From the NCBI GenBank assembly GCA_937921935.1, contig CAKZWQ010000029.1:9838-73837 (forward strand): 64,000 nucleotides of DNA, read 5' to 3'. Of this stretch, positions 17,427 to 28,256 are shown one piece after another (positions within the stretch are counted from its first letter, which is position 1; each line of letters begins with the position of its first letter). The DNA is from an uncultured Gammaproteobacteria bacterium (GTDB taxonomy: Bacteria > Pseudomonadota > Gammaproteobacteria > Steroidobacterales > GCA-2729495). The notes below the pieces were generated by a model. It ran no database searches and was not told the DNA's origin. It saw only the letters and a program-made list of their open reading frames with translations. A program made the position numbers and the translations under genes.

Positions 17427-17463
17427 AATTCGTCCTCTACAGCACTAGTGTGCTGATACTCTC

Positions 17464-19662
17464 TTATAGAATGCTAGAGCCTTCTTTTAATATTTTTGGC
17501 GTTACAAAAATCAGCAGTTCGGTCTTGTCGGTGGAAACCCGAGTTGACCGGAACAGCCGTCCCACACCCGGGATGTCACCCAGGTAAGGCACTTTAGTAA
17601 ACAATTCACGCTGTTCGGTTTCGTAGATGCCACCCAGCACGACAGTCTGGCCATTGTTAACCAGCACCTGGGTCTCGACGGAGCGGGTATCGATGCTCGG
17701 CACTGAGCCGCCGCGGCCATCACTGACCTGCTCACCGACACTGTCCTTGGTTACGAACAGGTCCATGATTATCCGATCATCAGGTGTAATCTGCGGGGTC
17801 ACCGTCAGGCTGAGCACCGCTTCTTTAAACTGCGTCGTCGTGGCGCCGCTGGATGCGGATTCCTGATAAGGAATCTCAACACCTGCCTTGATGTTTGCTT
17901 CCCGCTGGTTGGAGGTAATCACTCGCGGTGAGGACACCACCTCGCCGGCGCCTTCAGATTGCAGGGCGCTAAGCTCAAGATCCACAAGGTAGTCATCACC
18001 CAGGATGGCGACAGCCAGCTGACCAGCCGGATTAGCAACCGGCAGATCCACGTTGAAGCGATCGTTAAGGTCGGGTGCATCGACCGGGAACGGATCACCG
18101 GTGTTGTTGATATTGTCGATGGCCGAGTCAACGATCGTGCTGTTACCTTCGGCCGAACCCGTCGTGGAGACGATCCCGTCATTCAGATTATCGCTGACAA
18201 CGGTCAGACCCCATCGCACGCCCAGTTCACGACTGAAATTGTCATTCACAATCACAATGCGCGACTCGATCAGAACCTGGCGTACCGGAATATCCAGGGT
18301 GCTGACCAGGCGACGGATGTCGGAAAGCACATCGGCCGTGTCCTGCAGCAACAAGGTGTTGGTGCGTTCATCAATGGCCACTGAACCGCGATCGGACAAA
18401 ATAGCGTTGCCGCCACTACCGCCGCTGATCAAACCAGCAAGATCGCCCGCCTTCGCGTAGTTCACCTGCAGGTATTCTGAAGTCATTGGTTCAAGCTGCT
18501 TGATCTCCTGGCGCGACTCCAGGTCGGCCAGTTCCCGCGCGGCGATTTCCTCGGACGGCGCGACAATAATCACGTTGCCGTTCTCGCGCATGTCCAGTCC
18601 CTTGGCGGCCAGAACGATATCCAGCGCCTGATCCCAGGGAACGTTCTGCAGCCTCAGGGTCACATTACCCTGCACGGTGTCAGACACCACCACGTTGCGG
18701 CCGCTGACATCGGCCAGCAGCTGCAGGACAGCGCGGGTTTCAATGTCCTGGAAGTTCAGGGTCAACCTTTCACCGCTGTATTCACGATCGGGACTGAACA
18801 GGGTCGGTTTGTCGGCCGCGGACTTCTCGACCACCGGCTGCACTTCAACGGTAAAGACATTGTCGGACTGGTAAGCCAGTTCCTCGAAGTTGCCCGTGGC
18901 TGCAATGATTACGCGGGCATCGCCGCCGACACGCACCACGTCAATGGTGTTGACGGGGGTGGCGAAGTCCAGCACATCGAGACGCTTGGTCAGCTCATCC
19001 GTGATGGCGGTATTACTGAAGTTAACAACCACCCGGTCGCCTTCCTGACTTACGTCGACCGGCACGCCGGGCTCGCTCATGGTCACAATGATGCGGCCGC
19101 CACCCGTTTCAGAGCGACGGAAATCAACAGACTGAATGCTCCTGGCACCACCGCTGGCGGCGGAGCTGGAGGCAGTCGCAGCGGCCGGTGCGGCAAAGGT
19201 GGTAGCGGCGGAAGAACCCGAGGCGGCAGCCTCGAGGGTCAGCATGACCATATTCCCTTCGACCTTGGTTTCATAACCGACCATCTGGTCGAGATTCAAC
19301 ACCACTCGGGTACGACCGCCGGCTTCGGCGGCCAGGATGGTATCCAGCACGCCGATACCCACATCCTTGCGGCGAGCCGGCAAAGCTAATGATGTGTCCT
19401 GCAGGTCCAGAGCAATACGTGCCGGGTTGTCGATCGTGAAAGCAAGGGGCGCTGGCGCCGCGTCTTCCAGAATCAACTGTAACTGGATGCGATTTCCAGG
19501 CAACGCCTGTACCTGGATGTCCTTCAGACTGTTGGCAGCTTCCTGCGCCCAAGCCGAAGCTCCGGCCAGGGTCAGTGCCAACACCGCCCAAAGTCCCACC
19601 AGCGCGTAAGCGGATCGTCGACCCGTTACGTTCGCCAGAATTCGCCTAGCAGTGCTTATCAT
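17464..19662 (-). CDS. pilQ: Type IV pilus secretin PilQ
   Basis: N-terminal AMIN-like repeats and a C-terminal secretin domain ('VPYLGDIPGVGRLFR', 'ELLIFVTPKI'). Confidence 0.95.
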   Translation of the reverse strand: MISTARRILANVTGRRSAYALVGLWAVLALTLAGASAWAQEAANSLKDIQVQALPGNRIQLQLILEDAAPAPLAFTIDNPARIALDLQDTSLALPARRKDVGIGVLDTILAAEAGGRTRVVLNLDQMVGYETKVEGNMVMLTLEAAASGSSAATTFAAPAAATASSSAASGGARSIQSVDFRRSETGGGRIIVTMSEPGVPVDVSQEGDRVVVNFSNTAITDELTKRLDVLDFATPVNTIDVVRVGGDARVIIAATGNFEELAYQSDNVFTVEVQPVVEKSAADKPTLFSPDREYSGERLTLNFQDIETRAVLQLLADVSGRNVVVSDTVQGNVTLRLQNVPWDQALDIVLAAKGLDMRENGNVIIVAPSEEIAARELADLESRQEIKQLEPMTSEYLQVNYAKAGDLAGLISGGSGGNAILSDRGSVAIDERTNTLLLQDTADVLSDIRRLVSTLDIPVRQVLIESRIVIVNDNFSRELGVRWGLTVVSDNLNDGIVSTTGSAEGNSTIVDSAIDNINNTGDPFPVDAPDLNDRFNVDLPVANPAGQLAVAILGDDYLVDLELSALQSEGAGEVVSSPRVITSNQREANIKAGVEIPYQESASSGATTTQFKEAVLSLTVTPQITPDDRIIMDLFVTKDSVGEQVSDGRGGSVPSIDTRSVETQVLVNNGQTVVLGGIYETEQRELFTKVPYLGDIPGVGRLFRSTRVSTDKTELLIFVTPKILKEGSSIL

Positions 19663-19714
19663 GTCGTACTCCCACGCTCTCCCTGCGGTGCCGGACTAAA
19701 TGGTCCGACGTCGC

Positions 19715-20239
19715 TCAGTCCAGGCCGATGGCCGCGGACCGCTTGAAGAAGCCCCCGATCCCGTCAGGAACCAGCTCTTCTACCTGAATCCCAGCCTCCG
19801 TGACGCTCACGACGCGACCGTCGTTTTGCCCCACGAAGTTCCCCGGCAGTACCCGATGGACGAGTCCATCCTGGGTCTGCACTAATCCAAACGTTCGGCC
19901 TTCCCGCTCCAAAGTCCCCACCATGGCGAGGGTATCCAGCGGAAAACCTTCCAGATATTCTTTCGGCCGATTCACGACAGGCGTCGGCCCTGAGGCGGCG
20001 CTGCGCGCAGGCGCTGCATCCGGCAGAAATGGCGAGCGCATCGTCTCGGCCGAATAGTCGAAGGTCTGATAAGGCTTGATCTGCGGCAATGGCTCAATCC
20101 GACCCCCGGGCCGTGACTTCACCTCATCCACATACACCAGCAGGTCATCCATATCACCACCACAGCCGGCAAGCAGCATCGCCAGCAGTGCGGTCATGAC
20201 CAATGGGGCATTAAGCATCTTTTTCATACTCTTGATCAC
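19715..20239 (-). CDS. pilP: Type IV pilus assembly lipoprotein PilP
   Basis: Lipobox 'LLAGCG', size and position between pilO and pilQ. Confidence 0.88.
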   Translation of the reverse strand: MIKSMKKMLNAPLVMTALLAMLLAGCGGDMDDLLVYVDEVKSRPGGRIEPLPQIKPYQTFDYSAETMRSPFLPDAAPARSAASGPTPVVNRPKEYLEGFPLDTLAMVGTLEREGRTFGLVQTQDGLVHRVLPGNFVGQNDGRVVSVTEAGIQVEELVPDGIGGFFKRSAAIGLD

Positions 20240-20255
20240 CGACTACTTCGCCGGC

Positions 20256-20867
20256 CTAACTTTCCTGTTCCTGTTCCTCATCGAGATACCGGTAGGTCTT
20301 AGCGGTTACGTTCAGGACCAGCTCCTGGCCCTGACTTTCCTCGCTAACACGCTCAATCTCGATGTCGTGCAATGTCACGATTCGTGGCAACGCCGCGATA
20401 TCACTGACGAAGCGACCAAACTCATGGTAGTCGCCCCGCAAACGAATCTTGATGGGCTTCTCCGCGTAGAAATCGCGGCGTAGCTCTTCCATCGGCTGAA
20501 ACAGTTCTTCCTGCAAACCGGCCGCCAGGCCCGTCTGGGAAATATCAACCAGCAGATTCGGAATCTCTGTCTTACCGGGCAGCTGACGCAGCATGGTGCC
20601 AAAGGAACTCTCGATCTCGGCCAGCTGGGCCTTATAGGAGTCGAAGTTGGCGGCCTTACGCTGCTTGGCTTCAAAGGATTGCTTTAGCTCGACCTCTTCA
20701 CGCTGAGCTTTCTCCAGCCGCGGCATCTGTTCTTCCCACACCAGGAAGTAGAAGCCGGCGCCCGTGGCCACCAAAAAGAAGAGGGAAATAAAGAAGATAT
20801 GGAAAACAACCGGCCAGCGACCGATATCGTTGAAGTCCAGGTTCTGAAGTTCTTCGAGGAAGTTCAT
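20256..20867 (-). CDS. pilO: Type IV pilus assembly protein PilO
   Basis: Single TM, coiled coil and ferredoxin-like C-terminus. Operon position. Confidence 0.88.
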   Translation of the reverse strand: MNFLEELQNLDFNDIGRWPVVFHIFFISLFFLVATGAGFYFLVWEEQMPRLEKAQREEVELKQSFEAKQRKAANFDSYKAQLAEIESSFGTMLRQLPGKTEIPNLLVDISQTGLAAGLQEELFQPMEELRRDFYAEKPIKIRLRGDYHEFGRFVSDIAALPRIVTLHDIEIERVSEESQGQELVLNVTAKTYRYLDEEQEQES

Positions 20868-21454
20868 TGGGCCTCCTCCGCGTCATCTTCGCCGGCTTGC
20901 GCGACGGTGCGAGCAAAGACAGTAAATTCACTGGCGCGCGAACCACCCGAGTCGCCGCCGCGGCGACTGGATTTCACCTCGACCACTTCCAGGTCCGGAT
21001 TGTCCAGCCACTCGGATTTATCGATGTTGCGCATCAAAGCGGAGACACGCGTGTTCGACTCCGCCGTGCCGGTCATTTCGACGCGCCGGCCAGTCTGCTT
21101 GACCTCGGTCAGAAAGACCCCATCGGGCATCACCTTCACCATGTCGTCAAAGACATGCACGATGCCGGGTCGGCTGCGCTGCAGCTGCTCGATGATTTCC
21201 ATACGCGCCAGCAAGCGACTCTTGCTGGCTTCCAGGTCAAGGATCTCTTCGATGAGCTTGTCGAGTTCCGAAATCTCCGCCTTGAGAAATTCGTTGCGAT
21301 CACGCTGGCCGTCTACCATGCCGTCGAAGATGAAGTAGGACAGCAACAAGAGCACACCGGCCGCGGCAGCAGCGCCGCCCAGGGCCACGAAAAACTGGTT
21401 CCGCCGTTGTGCGCGAAGCTCTTCGCGCCACGGCAGCAGATTAATGCGAGGCAT
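20864..21454 (-). CDS. pilN: Type IV pilus assembly protein PilN
   Basis: 'INLLPWRE' N-terminal motif, single TM. Operon position. Confidence 0.9.
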   Translation of the reverse strand: MPRINLLPWREELRAQRRNQFFVALGGAAAAAGVLLLLSYFIFDGMVDGQRDRNEFLKAEISELDKLIEEILDLEASKSRLLARMEIIEQLQRSRPGIVHVFDDMVKVMPDGVFLTEVKQTGRRVEMTGTAESNTRVSALMRNIDKSEWLDNPDLEVVEVKSSRRGGDSGGSRASEFTVFARTVAQAGEDDAEEAQ

Positions 21455-22515
21455 TAGTCAAAGCTCCTGAGGGCCAGCCCGCAAGCAGTCAACAGGGCCG
21501 TTGCGTCCCTGCGCACACCCTGAGATTTCGCTCGCGAAGAGATCTTCATATGGCCGAGGGGATCCCCAATTTCCGTGGGAATGCCCACCTTGCTGGAGAT
21601 CACGTCCGCCACGCCGGGAATATTGGCGCAGCCGCCGAGTACCAGGATCTGGTCAGGCTGTTCCCGGCCACCGCCGGAGGCAAGAAAGAACTGCAGTGAA
21701 CGACTGACCTGCTGGGTCATATCGTCAATAAAGGGGTCGAGGACTTCCGGCTGGTAATTACTGGGCAAGCCGCCTTCTTTCTTGGCGCGGCCGGCATCTT
21801 CCAGGCTGAGTCCGTAGGTCCGCATGATCTCTTCAGTGAGTTGCTGCCCGCCGAATGAAAAATCACGCGTGTAAATAACGCGCATGTCCTGCAGGACACT
21901 GAAGGTGGTGTTGCTGGCGCCGAAGTCGACCACGGCGATCAGGTGTTCCATGCCCGCATCGGGCATCTGATGAGCCAGTAACAGACAGGCGTTTTCCAGC
22001 GCGAAGGCTTCGACGTCGACGACGCGTGCCTTCAAGCCGGCTGCTTCAACGGCTGCTTTACGCTGATCCACATTCTCGGTTCGCGTCGCGACCAGCAGCA
22101 CGTCATTCATCTCAGGATCATTTGCCGACGGCCCCATGATCTCGAAATCGAAACTCACCTCTTCCATGGGGAAGGGGATGTATTGATCGGCCTGGATCTC
22201 GACCTGGCCTTCCAGTTCATTCAGGCCCAAGGTGCGGGGCATCTGGATGACCTTGGTGATTGCCGCATCGCCGCTTATGGCAATGGCAACCTCTTCCGTA
22301 TCGGTGCCGGCTCGCTTCACGGCCCGGCGAATCGCTTCACCGACAGCTTCAGCATCAACGATCGTCTTCTCGTTGATCGCATTGGGAGGAGTCGGTTCCG
22401 CCGAGTAGCACTCAGCTCGGAACGATTTGCCCGATTGCGAAAACTCCACGATCTTGATCGACGACGTCGTGATGTCGAGACCGATCAGCGGCTTGGAACG
22501 AGAGCCGAATATCAT
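21454..22515 (-). CDS. pilM: Type IV pilus assembly ATPase-like protein PilM
   Basis: Actin-like fold motifs ('IGLDITTSSIK', 'VVDFGASNTT', 'ILVLGGCANIPG'). Start at Met 22515 inside a longer ORF. Confidence 0.93.
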   Translation of the reverse strand: MIFGSRSKPLIGLDITTSSIKIVEFSQSGKSFRAECYSAEPTPPNAINEKTIVDAEAVGEAIRRAVKRAGTDTEEVAIAISGDAAITKVIQMPRTLGLNELEGQVEIQADQYIPFPMEEVSFDFEIMGPSANDPEMNDVLLVATRTENVDQRKAAVEAAGLKARVVDVEAFALENACLLLAHQMPDAGMEHLIAVVDFGASNTTFSVLQDMRVIYTRDFSFGGQQLTEEIMRTYGLSLEDAGRAKKEGGLPSNYQPEVLDPFIDDMTQQVSRSLQFFLASGGGREQPDQILVLGGCANIPGVADVISSKVGIPTEIGDPLGHMKISSRAKSQGVRRDATALLTACGLALRSFD

Positions 22516-22940
22516 GCATTTTTCCCTTTTGCATCCGCAGCTTGCGAAACCAACATCGCTACGTGCCTTAGGTTGGCATTTAACTATATATCTGCGAACA
22601 GTGAAAGTACTGTGAAACCTGTCGCAAAAATCCCACACTGCCCAACAGGGCTAAATCCAGCCAGAAACCAAGCAGGGCAACAGATTGGGGAATTTCGCCG
22701 GGTGGCGGATACCGGGACAGAAGAGCCTATCGGAGGCCCCAGGCAGTGTGCCCGGACCTTCGGCAGCCCCGCTATCCTAGAATCTAGCCTCCCGGGCGAC
22801 GAATTCCCTGCTCCGTCGCGCCGGCACTATCCCTTAGACCGGTGGCTTTGCGCCCCTGCCTTTCAACAGGTTTGCCCAAAAACTGCCGCCAATATGCATA
22901 ATCGATCCTTCCTAGGCAAGGGAATGTCTCCACTTTTCCA

Positions 22941-25547
22941 ATGAGTTTCTGGCTCCGGATTCTGCCGGTGCTGGTAGGGCTGGCAGTCACGGGCGTTTTG
23001 GCCGGTCTGGCCCTGGTCACCGGCGCCTATTATTTCTTCCGTCCCGACCTGCCTTCAGCTGAGGCACTGCGGAACGTGGAGTTACAGATACCCCTGCGCG
23101 TGTACTCCCGGGACGGCCGCCTGATCGACCAGATCGGCGAGAAACGGAGGATTCCGGCCGACTTTGAGGAAATTCCCGAAGCCGTCATCCAGGCTTTCCT
23201 GGCGGCAGAGGATGATCGCTTTTTCGAGCACCCCGGCTTTGACTACCAGGGCATCATGCGGGCGGCAGTCAACCTGGCCGTAACGGGCTCTCGCACCCAG
23301 GGCGGCAGCACCATTACCCAGCAGCTGGCGCGCGTGTACTTCCTGACCCGGGAGCGCACCTTCGTTCGCAAAGCCAAGGAGCTCATCCTGGCGATCCAGA
23401 TCGAGCGGAAATTTACCAAGCAGGAAATCCTTGCCCTGTATCTGAACAAGATTTTCCTGGGGCAGCGGGCTTATGGAGTCGCCGCGGCCGCCGAAGTCTA
23501 CTTTGGCAAGCTCCTGCCGGAGCTCACGGTAGCGGAAGCTGCCACCATTGCCGGGCTGCCCAAGGCACCTTCGAATCTCAACCCGGTGTCCAGCCCCCTT
23601 CGCGCCACGGAACGTCGCGCCTACGTCCTGGGCCGCATGCTGGAGCTGGGCTTTATTAGCGCGGACGAGTACACGACGGCGACAACCACGCCCATGGTCT
23701 CCAGGCTACATGGCCCCAGTGTGCAGCTGCGCGCTCCTTATATATCTGAGATGGTGCGGGCCGAAATGGTCGAGCGCTTTGGGCTGGAGGCTTATACCCG
23801 CGGCTACCAGGTCATCACCACCGTCGACAGCCAGCTGCAGGCTGCCGCGAATTCAGCCCTGCGCGAAGGCCTGCTGGAATACGATCGCCGGCACGGCTAT
23901 CGGGGCCCGGAGCTGCAGGATGCCCTGGCGGGCATCGGTGCAGACCCTGACGGACCCGGCGGTTACAGCGAAGCAGAACTCGCGGCCATGCTGGCCACCC
24001 GCCCGAGCTACCAGGCACTCGACGCGGCCGTGGTGCTGGCTGTGGACCAGGACAACACGGCCGAGGTCTATATCCGTGATCGTGGCCTGGCAACCGTGTC
24101 CTGGGAAAACATCGACTGGCGCGCCTGGCTGACGGACAACTCCCTGGGCCCGCGCCCTGACTCGGCAGCAGAAGTTGTCACCCCGGGTGACGTTATTCGC
24201 CTGATGTACGCCGCGGACCGCGGCTGGGTATTGACCCAGTTACCGGCCGTGCAGGGCGCCCTGGTTGCCCTGAACCCGGAAGACGGCGCTGTGGCAGCAC
24301 TGGCCGGGGGCTTTGACTTTAATGCCAGCAAATTTAATCGGGCCGTGCAGTCTCGCCGCCAGCCCGGCTCATCCTTCAAGCCCTTTATTTATTCCGCTGC
24401 ACTGGATAATGGCTTCACACCAGCCACGCTGGTGAATGACGCCCCCGTCGTTTTTGACGACGCCAAACTGGAGGAATCCTGGCGACCGGAAAACTACTCG
24501 CGGCAGTTTTATGGACCCACACGCCTGCGCGAGGCCCTGGTGCGTTCCATGAACCTGGTATCCATCCGGGTGTTACGAGGCTCAGGCATCGACAACACCC
24601 GCGAGCATGTCCGCAACTTTGGTTTACCTGAGACGGCATTGCCCCGCAATCTGTCGCTGGCCCTGGGCAGTGGCGGTGCCTCGCCGCTGAACATGGCGGC
24701 CGGCTACGCCGTGTTTGCCAGTGGCGGCTACCGGGTGACGCCCTATGTACTGGACCGGGTTCTGGACAGTGAGTCCAGAGAGATTTTCGCCAGCGAACCA
24801 AGCCGGGTGTGTCGGGCCTGCGACCCCTCGCCGGAAGAACAGCTGGCCCTGGAACTCCAGGAGTTTGGTGACCCTGATCAGGAACCCAGACCACTGACCG
24901 TAAACCCCGATGCTGCTCGCAGCCCGACGGATACCGAAGTTCCCGATTACGGCTCCACGGAAGCGATGATGGCACACGGCCTGAGCTGGCGACCCACCAG
25001 CACCGACGCACCGTTATTCGTGCGCCGCTACCAGAAGCCCGCCGAGCGAGTCGTCTCGGCCACCAATGCCTACCTGATCTACGACATGATGCGTGACGTG
25101 ATTCGGCGAGGCACCGGTCGCCGCGCCCTTGAACTGGGACGCAAGGACATCGCGGGCAAAACCGGTACGACCAATGAGCGCCGCGACGCCTGGTTCAACG
25201 GCTATAACGGCGACCTTGTGGCTACGGCCTGGGTTGGCTTTGACCAGGAGCGCTCGCTGGGAGCGCGCGAGGAGGGCGGTCGCACGGCGCTACCCGTCTG
25301 GAATGCCTTCATGGCCGAAGCCCTGGCAGGAACCGCTGACGCAACGATTCCAAGGCCGCCGGGTATTGTCACGGTGCGCATTGATCCGGAATCCGGGCTG
25401 GTGGCGCCCGCCGGCGCAAGTGGTGCGATTTTCGAAATTTTCGAGGCCGGCAAGGTGCCGGAGGCCCTGGCCGCAGAGCCCGACCCGGTATTTTCCGACA
25501 GCAGCGGAACGATCACCGGCGACAGCAACAACGAAGCACTTTTTTAG
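22941..25547 (+). CDS. mrcA: Penicillin-binding protein 1A (bifunctional transglycosylase/transpeptidase)
   Basis: 'AEDDRFFEHPGF', 'GGSTITQQLAR', 'RKAKE' (glycosyltransferase); 'SSFKP', 'KTGTTN' (transpeptidase). Divergent from pilM as in many Gammaproteobacteria. Confidence 0.95.
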   Translation: MSFWLRILPVLVGLAVTGVLAGLALVTGAYYFFRPDLPSAEALRNVELQIPLRVYSRDGRLIDQIGEKRRIPADFEEIPEAVIQAFLAAEDDRFFEHPGFDYQGIMRAAVNLAVTGSRTQGGSTITQQLARVYFLTRERTFVRKAKELILAIQIERKFTKQEILALYLNKIFLGQRAYGVAAAAEVYFGKLLPELTVAEAATIAGLPKAPSNLNPVSSPLRATERRAYVLGRMLELGFISADEYTTATTTPMVSRLHGPSVQLRAPYISEMVRAEMVERFGLEAYTRGYQVITTVDSQLQAAANSALREGLLEYDRRHGYRGPELQDALAGIGADPDGPGGYSEAELAAMLATRPSYQALDAAVVLAVDQDNTAEVYIRDRGLATVSWENIDWRAWLTDNSLGPRPDSAAEVVTPGDVIRLMYAADRGWVLTQLPAVQGALVALNPEDGAVAALAGGFDFNASKFNRAVQSRRQPGSSFKPFIYSAALDNGFTPATLVNDAPVVFDDAKLEESWRPENYSRQFYGPTRLREALVRSMNLVSIRVLRGSGIDNTREHVRNFGLPETALPRNLSLALGSGGASPLNMAAGYAVFASGGYRVTPYVLDRVLDSESREIFASEPSRVCRACDPSPEEQLALELQEFGDPDQEPRPLTVNPDAARSPTDTEVPDYGSTEAMMAHGLSWRPTSTDAPLFVRRYQKPAERVVSATNAYLIYDMMRDVIRRGTGRRALELGRKDIAGKTGTTNERRDAWFNGYNGDLVATAWVGFDQERSLGAREEGGRTALPVWNAFMAEALAGTADATIPRPPGIVTVRIDPESGLVAPAGASGAIFEIFEAGKVPEALAAEPDPVFSDSSGTITGDSNNEALF

Positions 25548-25595
25548 AGCCGGCTGCAACCGCGCGCCGGTGCATAGCAGGCAGAGGCAAGGCAG

Positions 25596-26225
25596 ATGGG
25601 ATCCAGGCGAAACGCTCCGCGGCCGGACAATCGGCGCGCCAGCATCGCGGATGAGGCCGCCCGGATCATTATCGAGGGCGGGCTAACGGACTATCGTGCC
25701 GCCAAAGCCAAGGCTCGCGAAAAACTGGGCCTGAGTAGCGGGCCGCTGCCCAGCAATGAAGAGATCGAAGCTGCACTGTCGGTCCGCAACCGCATTTTCC
25801 TCGGTGACCAGCACACCACGCATGTGCAGCAGCTGCGCGAACTGGCCAGGGACGTGATGCTGCGACTGGAGATCTTCAATCCACGACTGGTGGGCGCGGT
25901 CCTCAGTGGCACGGCGACGACCCATGCCCCCATCGATCTGCATCTTTACTCAGATACCCCCGAGAACGTTGGCATGCGCCTGGCGACCTTGGATCTGGCG
26001 CACAAAGCCATCCAGTTTCAGCATCGCTGGCGCCGGGGTGAGCCGGAAGCCATACCCGGATTCCGGTTCTATGCGGAAGAGGTTGAGTGCCTGGCTACGG
26101 TGTTTCCGGACCGGCGTCGCGCCCATGCGCCCCTAAGCCCGGTGGATGGCAAACCCATGCAGCGGGCAAATTACCGGGAAATCAGCGAACTCATCGCCGA
26201 CGGGGCAACCGTCAGCGCTTGGTAA
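25596..26225 (+). CDS. Conserved hypothetical protein (possible degenerate nucleotidyltransferase fold)
   Basis: 209-aa ORF. '[23 protein letters not shown]' loosely resembles the GS...D.D minimal NTase motif. Its 3' end overlaps the gltA 3' end by 14 nt. Confidence 0.5.
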   Translation: MGSRRNAPRPDNRRASIADEAARIIIEGGLTDYRAAKAKAREKLGLSSGPLPSNEEIEAALSVRNRIFLGDQHTTHVQQLRELARDVMLRLEIFNPRLVGAVLSGTATTHAPIDLHLYSDTPENVGMRLATLDLAHKAIQFQHRWRRGEPEAIPGFRFYAEEVECLATVFPDRRRAHAPLSPVDGKPMQRANYREISELIADGATVSAW

Positions 26226-27507
26226 TCGGCTGGTAGTCCCGCTTGACGGGACCGGTGTAGAGCTGCCGCGGGCGACCAATGCGGCCATCCTTATCTGCAA
26301 TCATTTCCGTCCAGTGGGACACCCAGCCGACTGTACGGGCAATGGCGAACATCACCGTAAACATGGAGGTGGGCAGTCCGAGGGCGCGGTAAATAATGCC
26401 GGAGTAAAAATCGACGTTGGGATAAAGCTTCTTCTCAATAAAGTACTCATCCTTCAGAGCAATCTCTTCCAGACGCAGGGCCAGATCAAACAACGGCGTA
26501 TCCACGCGACCCAGCTTGGCCAGTACCTTGTGACAAGCCTCGCGAATCAGCGTCGCGCGCGGATCAAAATTCTTGTAAACCCGATGACCGAAGCCCATTA
26601 GACGGAACGGATCATCCTTGTCCTTGGCCTTGGCCACATATTGCTCGATGCGGTCTACGGAACCGATCTCCGTGAGCATCCGCAGTACAGCCTCATTAGC
26701 GCCGCCATGAGCAGGCCCCCACAGGGCCGCGATACCTGCGGCGATAGCCGAATAAGGATTAGCCCCAGAGCTGCCCGCCAGTCGCACCGTTGAGGTACTG
26801 CAGTTCTGCTCGTGATCCGCGTGCAAGATAAACAGCAGATCCAGGGCTTCTTCAGCAACTTCGTCGATCTCATAAGGTTCCGCGGGAACTGAGAAGAACA
26901 TATGCAGCAGGTTGCCAGCGTAGCTCAGATCATTCCGGGGATAGGAAAAAGGCTGCCCCGCAGAATGCTTGTACGCAGCGGCGGCGATAGTCGGGATCTT
27001 GGCGATGATGCGCTGGGCAAAAATGTCCCGATGGCGCGGATTCTGAATGTCAGTCGTGTCGTGATAAAAAGCCGACATTGAGCCCACGACGCCGGCAACC
27101 ATGGCCATGGGATGGGCGTCGTAATGAAAGCCATTGAACAGCCGCAACATGGTCTCGTTGATCATGGTGTGGGTGCGGATGCTCTGATCGAAGGTATCGA
27201 GTTGTTCGCCCGACGGTAACTCGCCGTACAGCAACAGATAAGCAACCTCGATAAAGCTGCTCTCTTTGGCCAGCTGTTCGATGGGATAGCCGCGGTACAT
27301 CAGGATGCCCTGACCGCCATCGATATAGGTGATCTTGCTTTCACAGCTTGCCGTAGAGGCAAAGCCAGGATCGAAAGTAAATACTCCCTCGGCAGCGTAA
27401 ATGCCGCGGATGTCTACGACATCAGGACCGACGCTGCCTGACATGGTCGGCAGTTCCTGGTCCTTGCCGGTTTCAGGGTTCTGGAGTCGAAAGTTTTTCT
27501 GGCTCAT
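26212..27507 (-). CDS. gltA: Citrate synthase (type II)
   Basis: '[14 protein letters not shown]', 'LHADHEQN', 'NVDFYSG' motifs. Confidence 0.96.
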   Translation of the reverse strand: MSQKNFRLQNPETGKDQELPTMSGSVGPDVVDIRGIYAAEGVFTFDPGFASTASCESKITYIDGGQGILMYRGYPIEQLAKESSFIEVAYLLLYGELPSGEQLDTFDQSIRTHTMINETMLRLFNGFHYDAHPMAMVAGVVGSMSAFYHDTTDIQNPRHRDIFAQRIIAKIPTIAAAAYKHSAGQPFSYPRNDLSYAGNLLHMFFSVPAEPYEIDEVAEEALDLLFILHADHEQNCSTSTVRLAGSSGANPYSAIAAGIAALWGPAHGGANEAVLRMLTEIGSVDRIEQYVAKAKDKDDPFRLMGFGHRVYKNFDPRATLIREACHKVLAKLGRVDTPLFDLALRLEEIALKDEYFIEKKLYPNVDFYSGIIYRALGLPTSMFTVMFAIARTVGWVSHWTEMIADKDGRIGRPRQLYTGPVKRDYQPITKR

Positions 27508-27707
27508 CTAATTCTCTGAATCCCGCTCACCCAAAAATTCCCCACCCGGAATGGCACGGTGGCGCAGCCGCACCCCGCTGCGCTACACGCGCTCTTGTTA
27601 TCAGGGCTTGTCGGGCCGGTTTGCGCCAAACTTGGACGGACCCGGCGAAGGGCCAGCTAGTATAAGTGAGCAGCCCGAGCCGTGCACGGGCCCGCAGCTT
27701 ATGGGCG

Positions 27708-27914
27708 TCAGCCGGACAGCCCGTACTTGCGGCGGAATTTGTCCACGCGGCCCGCGGTATCCAGCATCTTCTGCTTGCCCGTATAGAAGGGATGGCAAGA
27801 AGAACAGACTTCCACATGCAATTCCTGGCCGAGCGTCGAGCGGGTAGCAAACTCGTTACCGCAGCTGCAGACAACCTTTATTTCGTCGTATTGCGGGTGA
27901 ATGCCAGTTTTCAT
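27708..27914 (-). CDS. rpmE: 50S ribosomal protein L31 (Zn-ribbon type)
   Basis: 'MKTGIHPQY...CSCGNEF...[12 protein letters not shown]'. 68 aa inside a longer ORF. Confidence 0.95.
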   Translation of the reverse strand: MKTGIHPQYDEIKVVCSCGNEFATRSTLGQELHVEVCSSCHPFYTGKQKMLDTAGRVDKFRRKYGLSG

Positions 27915-28256
27915 GAGGTCTTTCCGTGGCCTGGGGCCGGTCGCTGGATCTGAACGGGCGCGAAGCATAGCGGGCCGGCGGCGGCGGATCAATGGCCAGC
28001 GGCAGGGCGGGCGCATAAATACCCAGAAATAGGATCGTTTCAGCCTGCCTGTGGATAACTCTGTGCATAGCTGCGTCCCCAGGGCCCTTAAAGCCCCATT
28101 TTGGTGCAAACGCGGCAAAATACCCGTATTTCAGTGACTTGCAAGATCCCTTTTAAAACAGTCACTTACAACTGTTAGTCCCGAGTCCAGACAGCTCTTG
28201 GCGCTTATCTCTATGAATTGACGGGATTCTCGCCGGATTGTGCATAAAAAACGGCG

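Noticed and set aside
20867-21457. Long ORFs antisense to well-supported genes. Examples: 20867-21457(+) mirroring pilN; 39039-39971(-) over bioB; 33545-34660(-) and 32108-32971(-) over spoT/rpoZ; 50911-51963(-), 49137-49877(-) and 50298-51074(-) over uvrD/trkA; 35212-35748(-) and 36436-37047(-) over recG; 46901-47866(-) over ctaA.
   Set aside because: This is a typical high-GC artefact. The translations are Ala/Arg/Gly/Pro/His/Gln-rich with no motifs. Each lies fully opposite a gene with clear family signatures, and nothing suggests dual coding.
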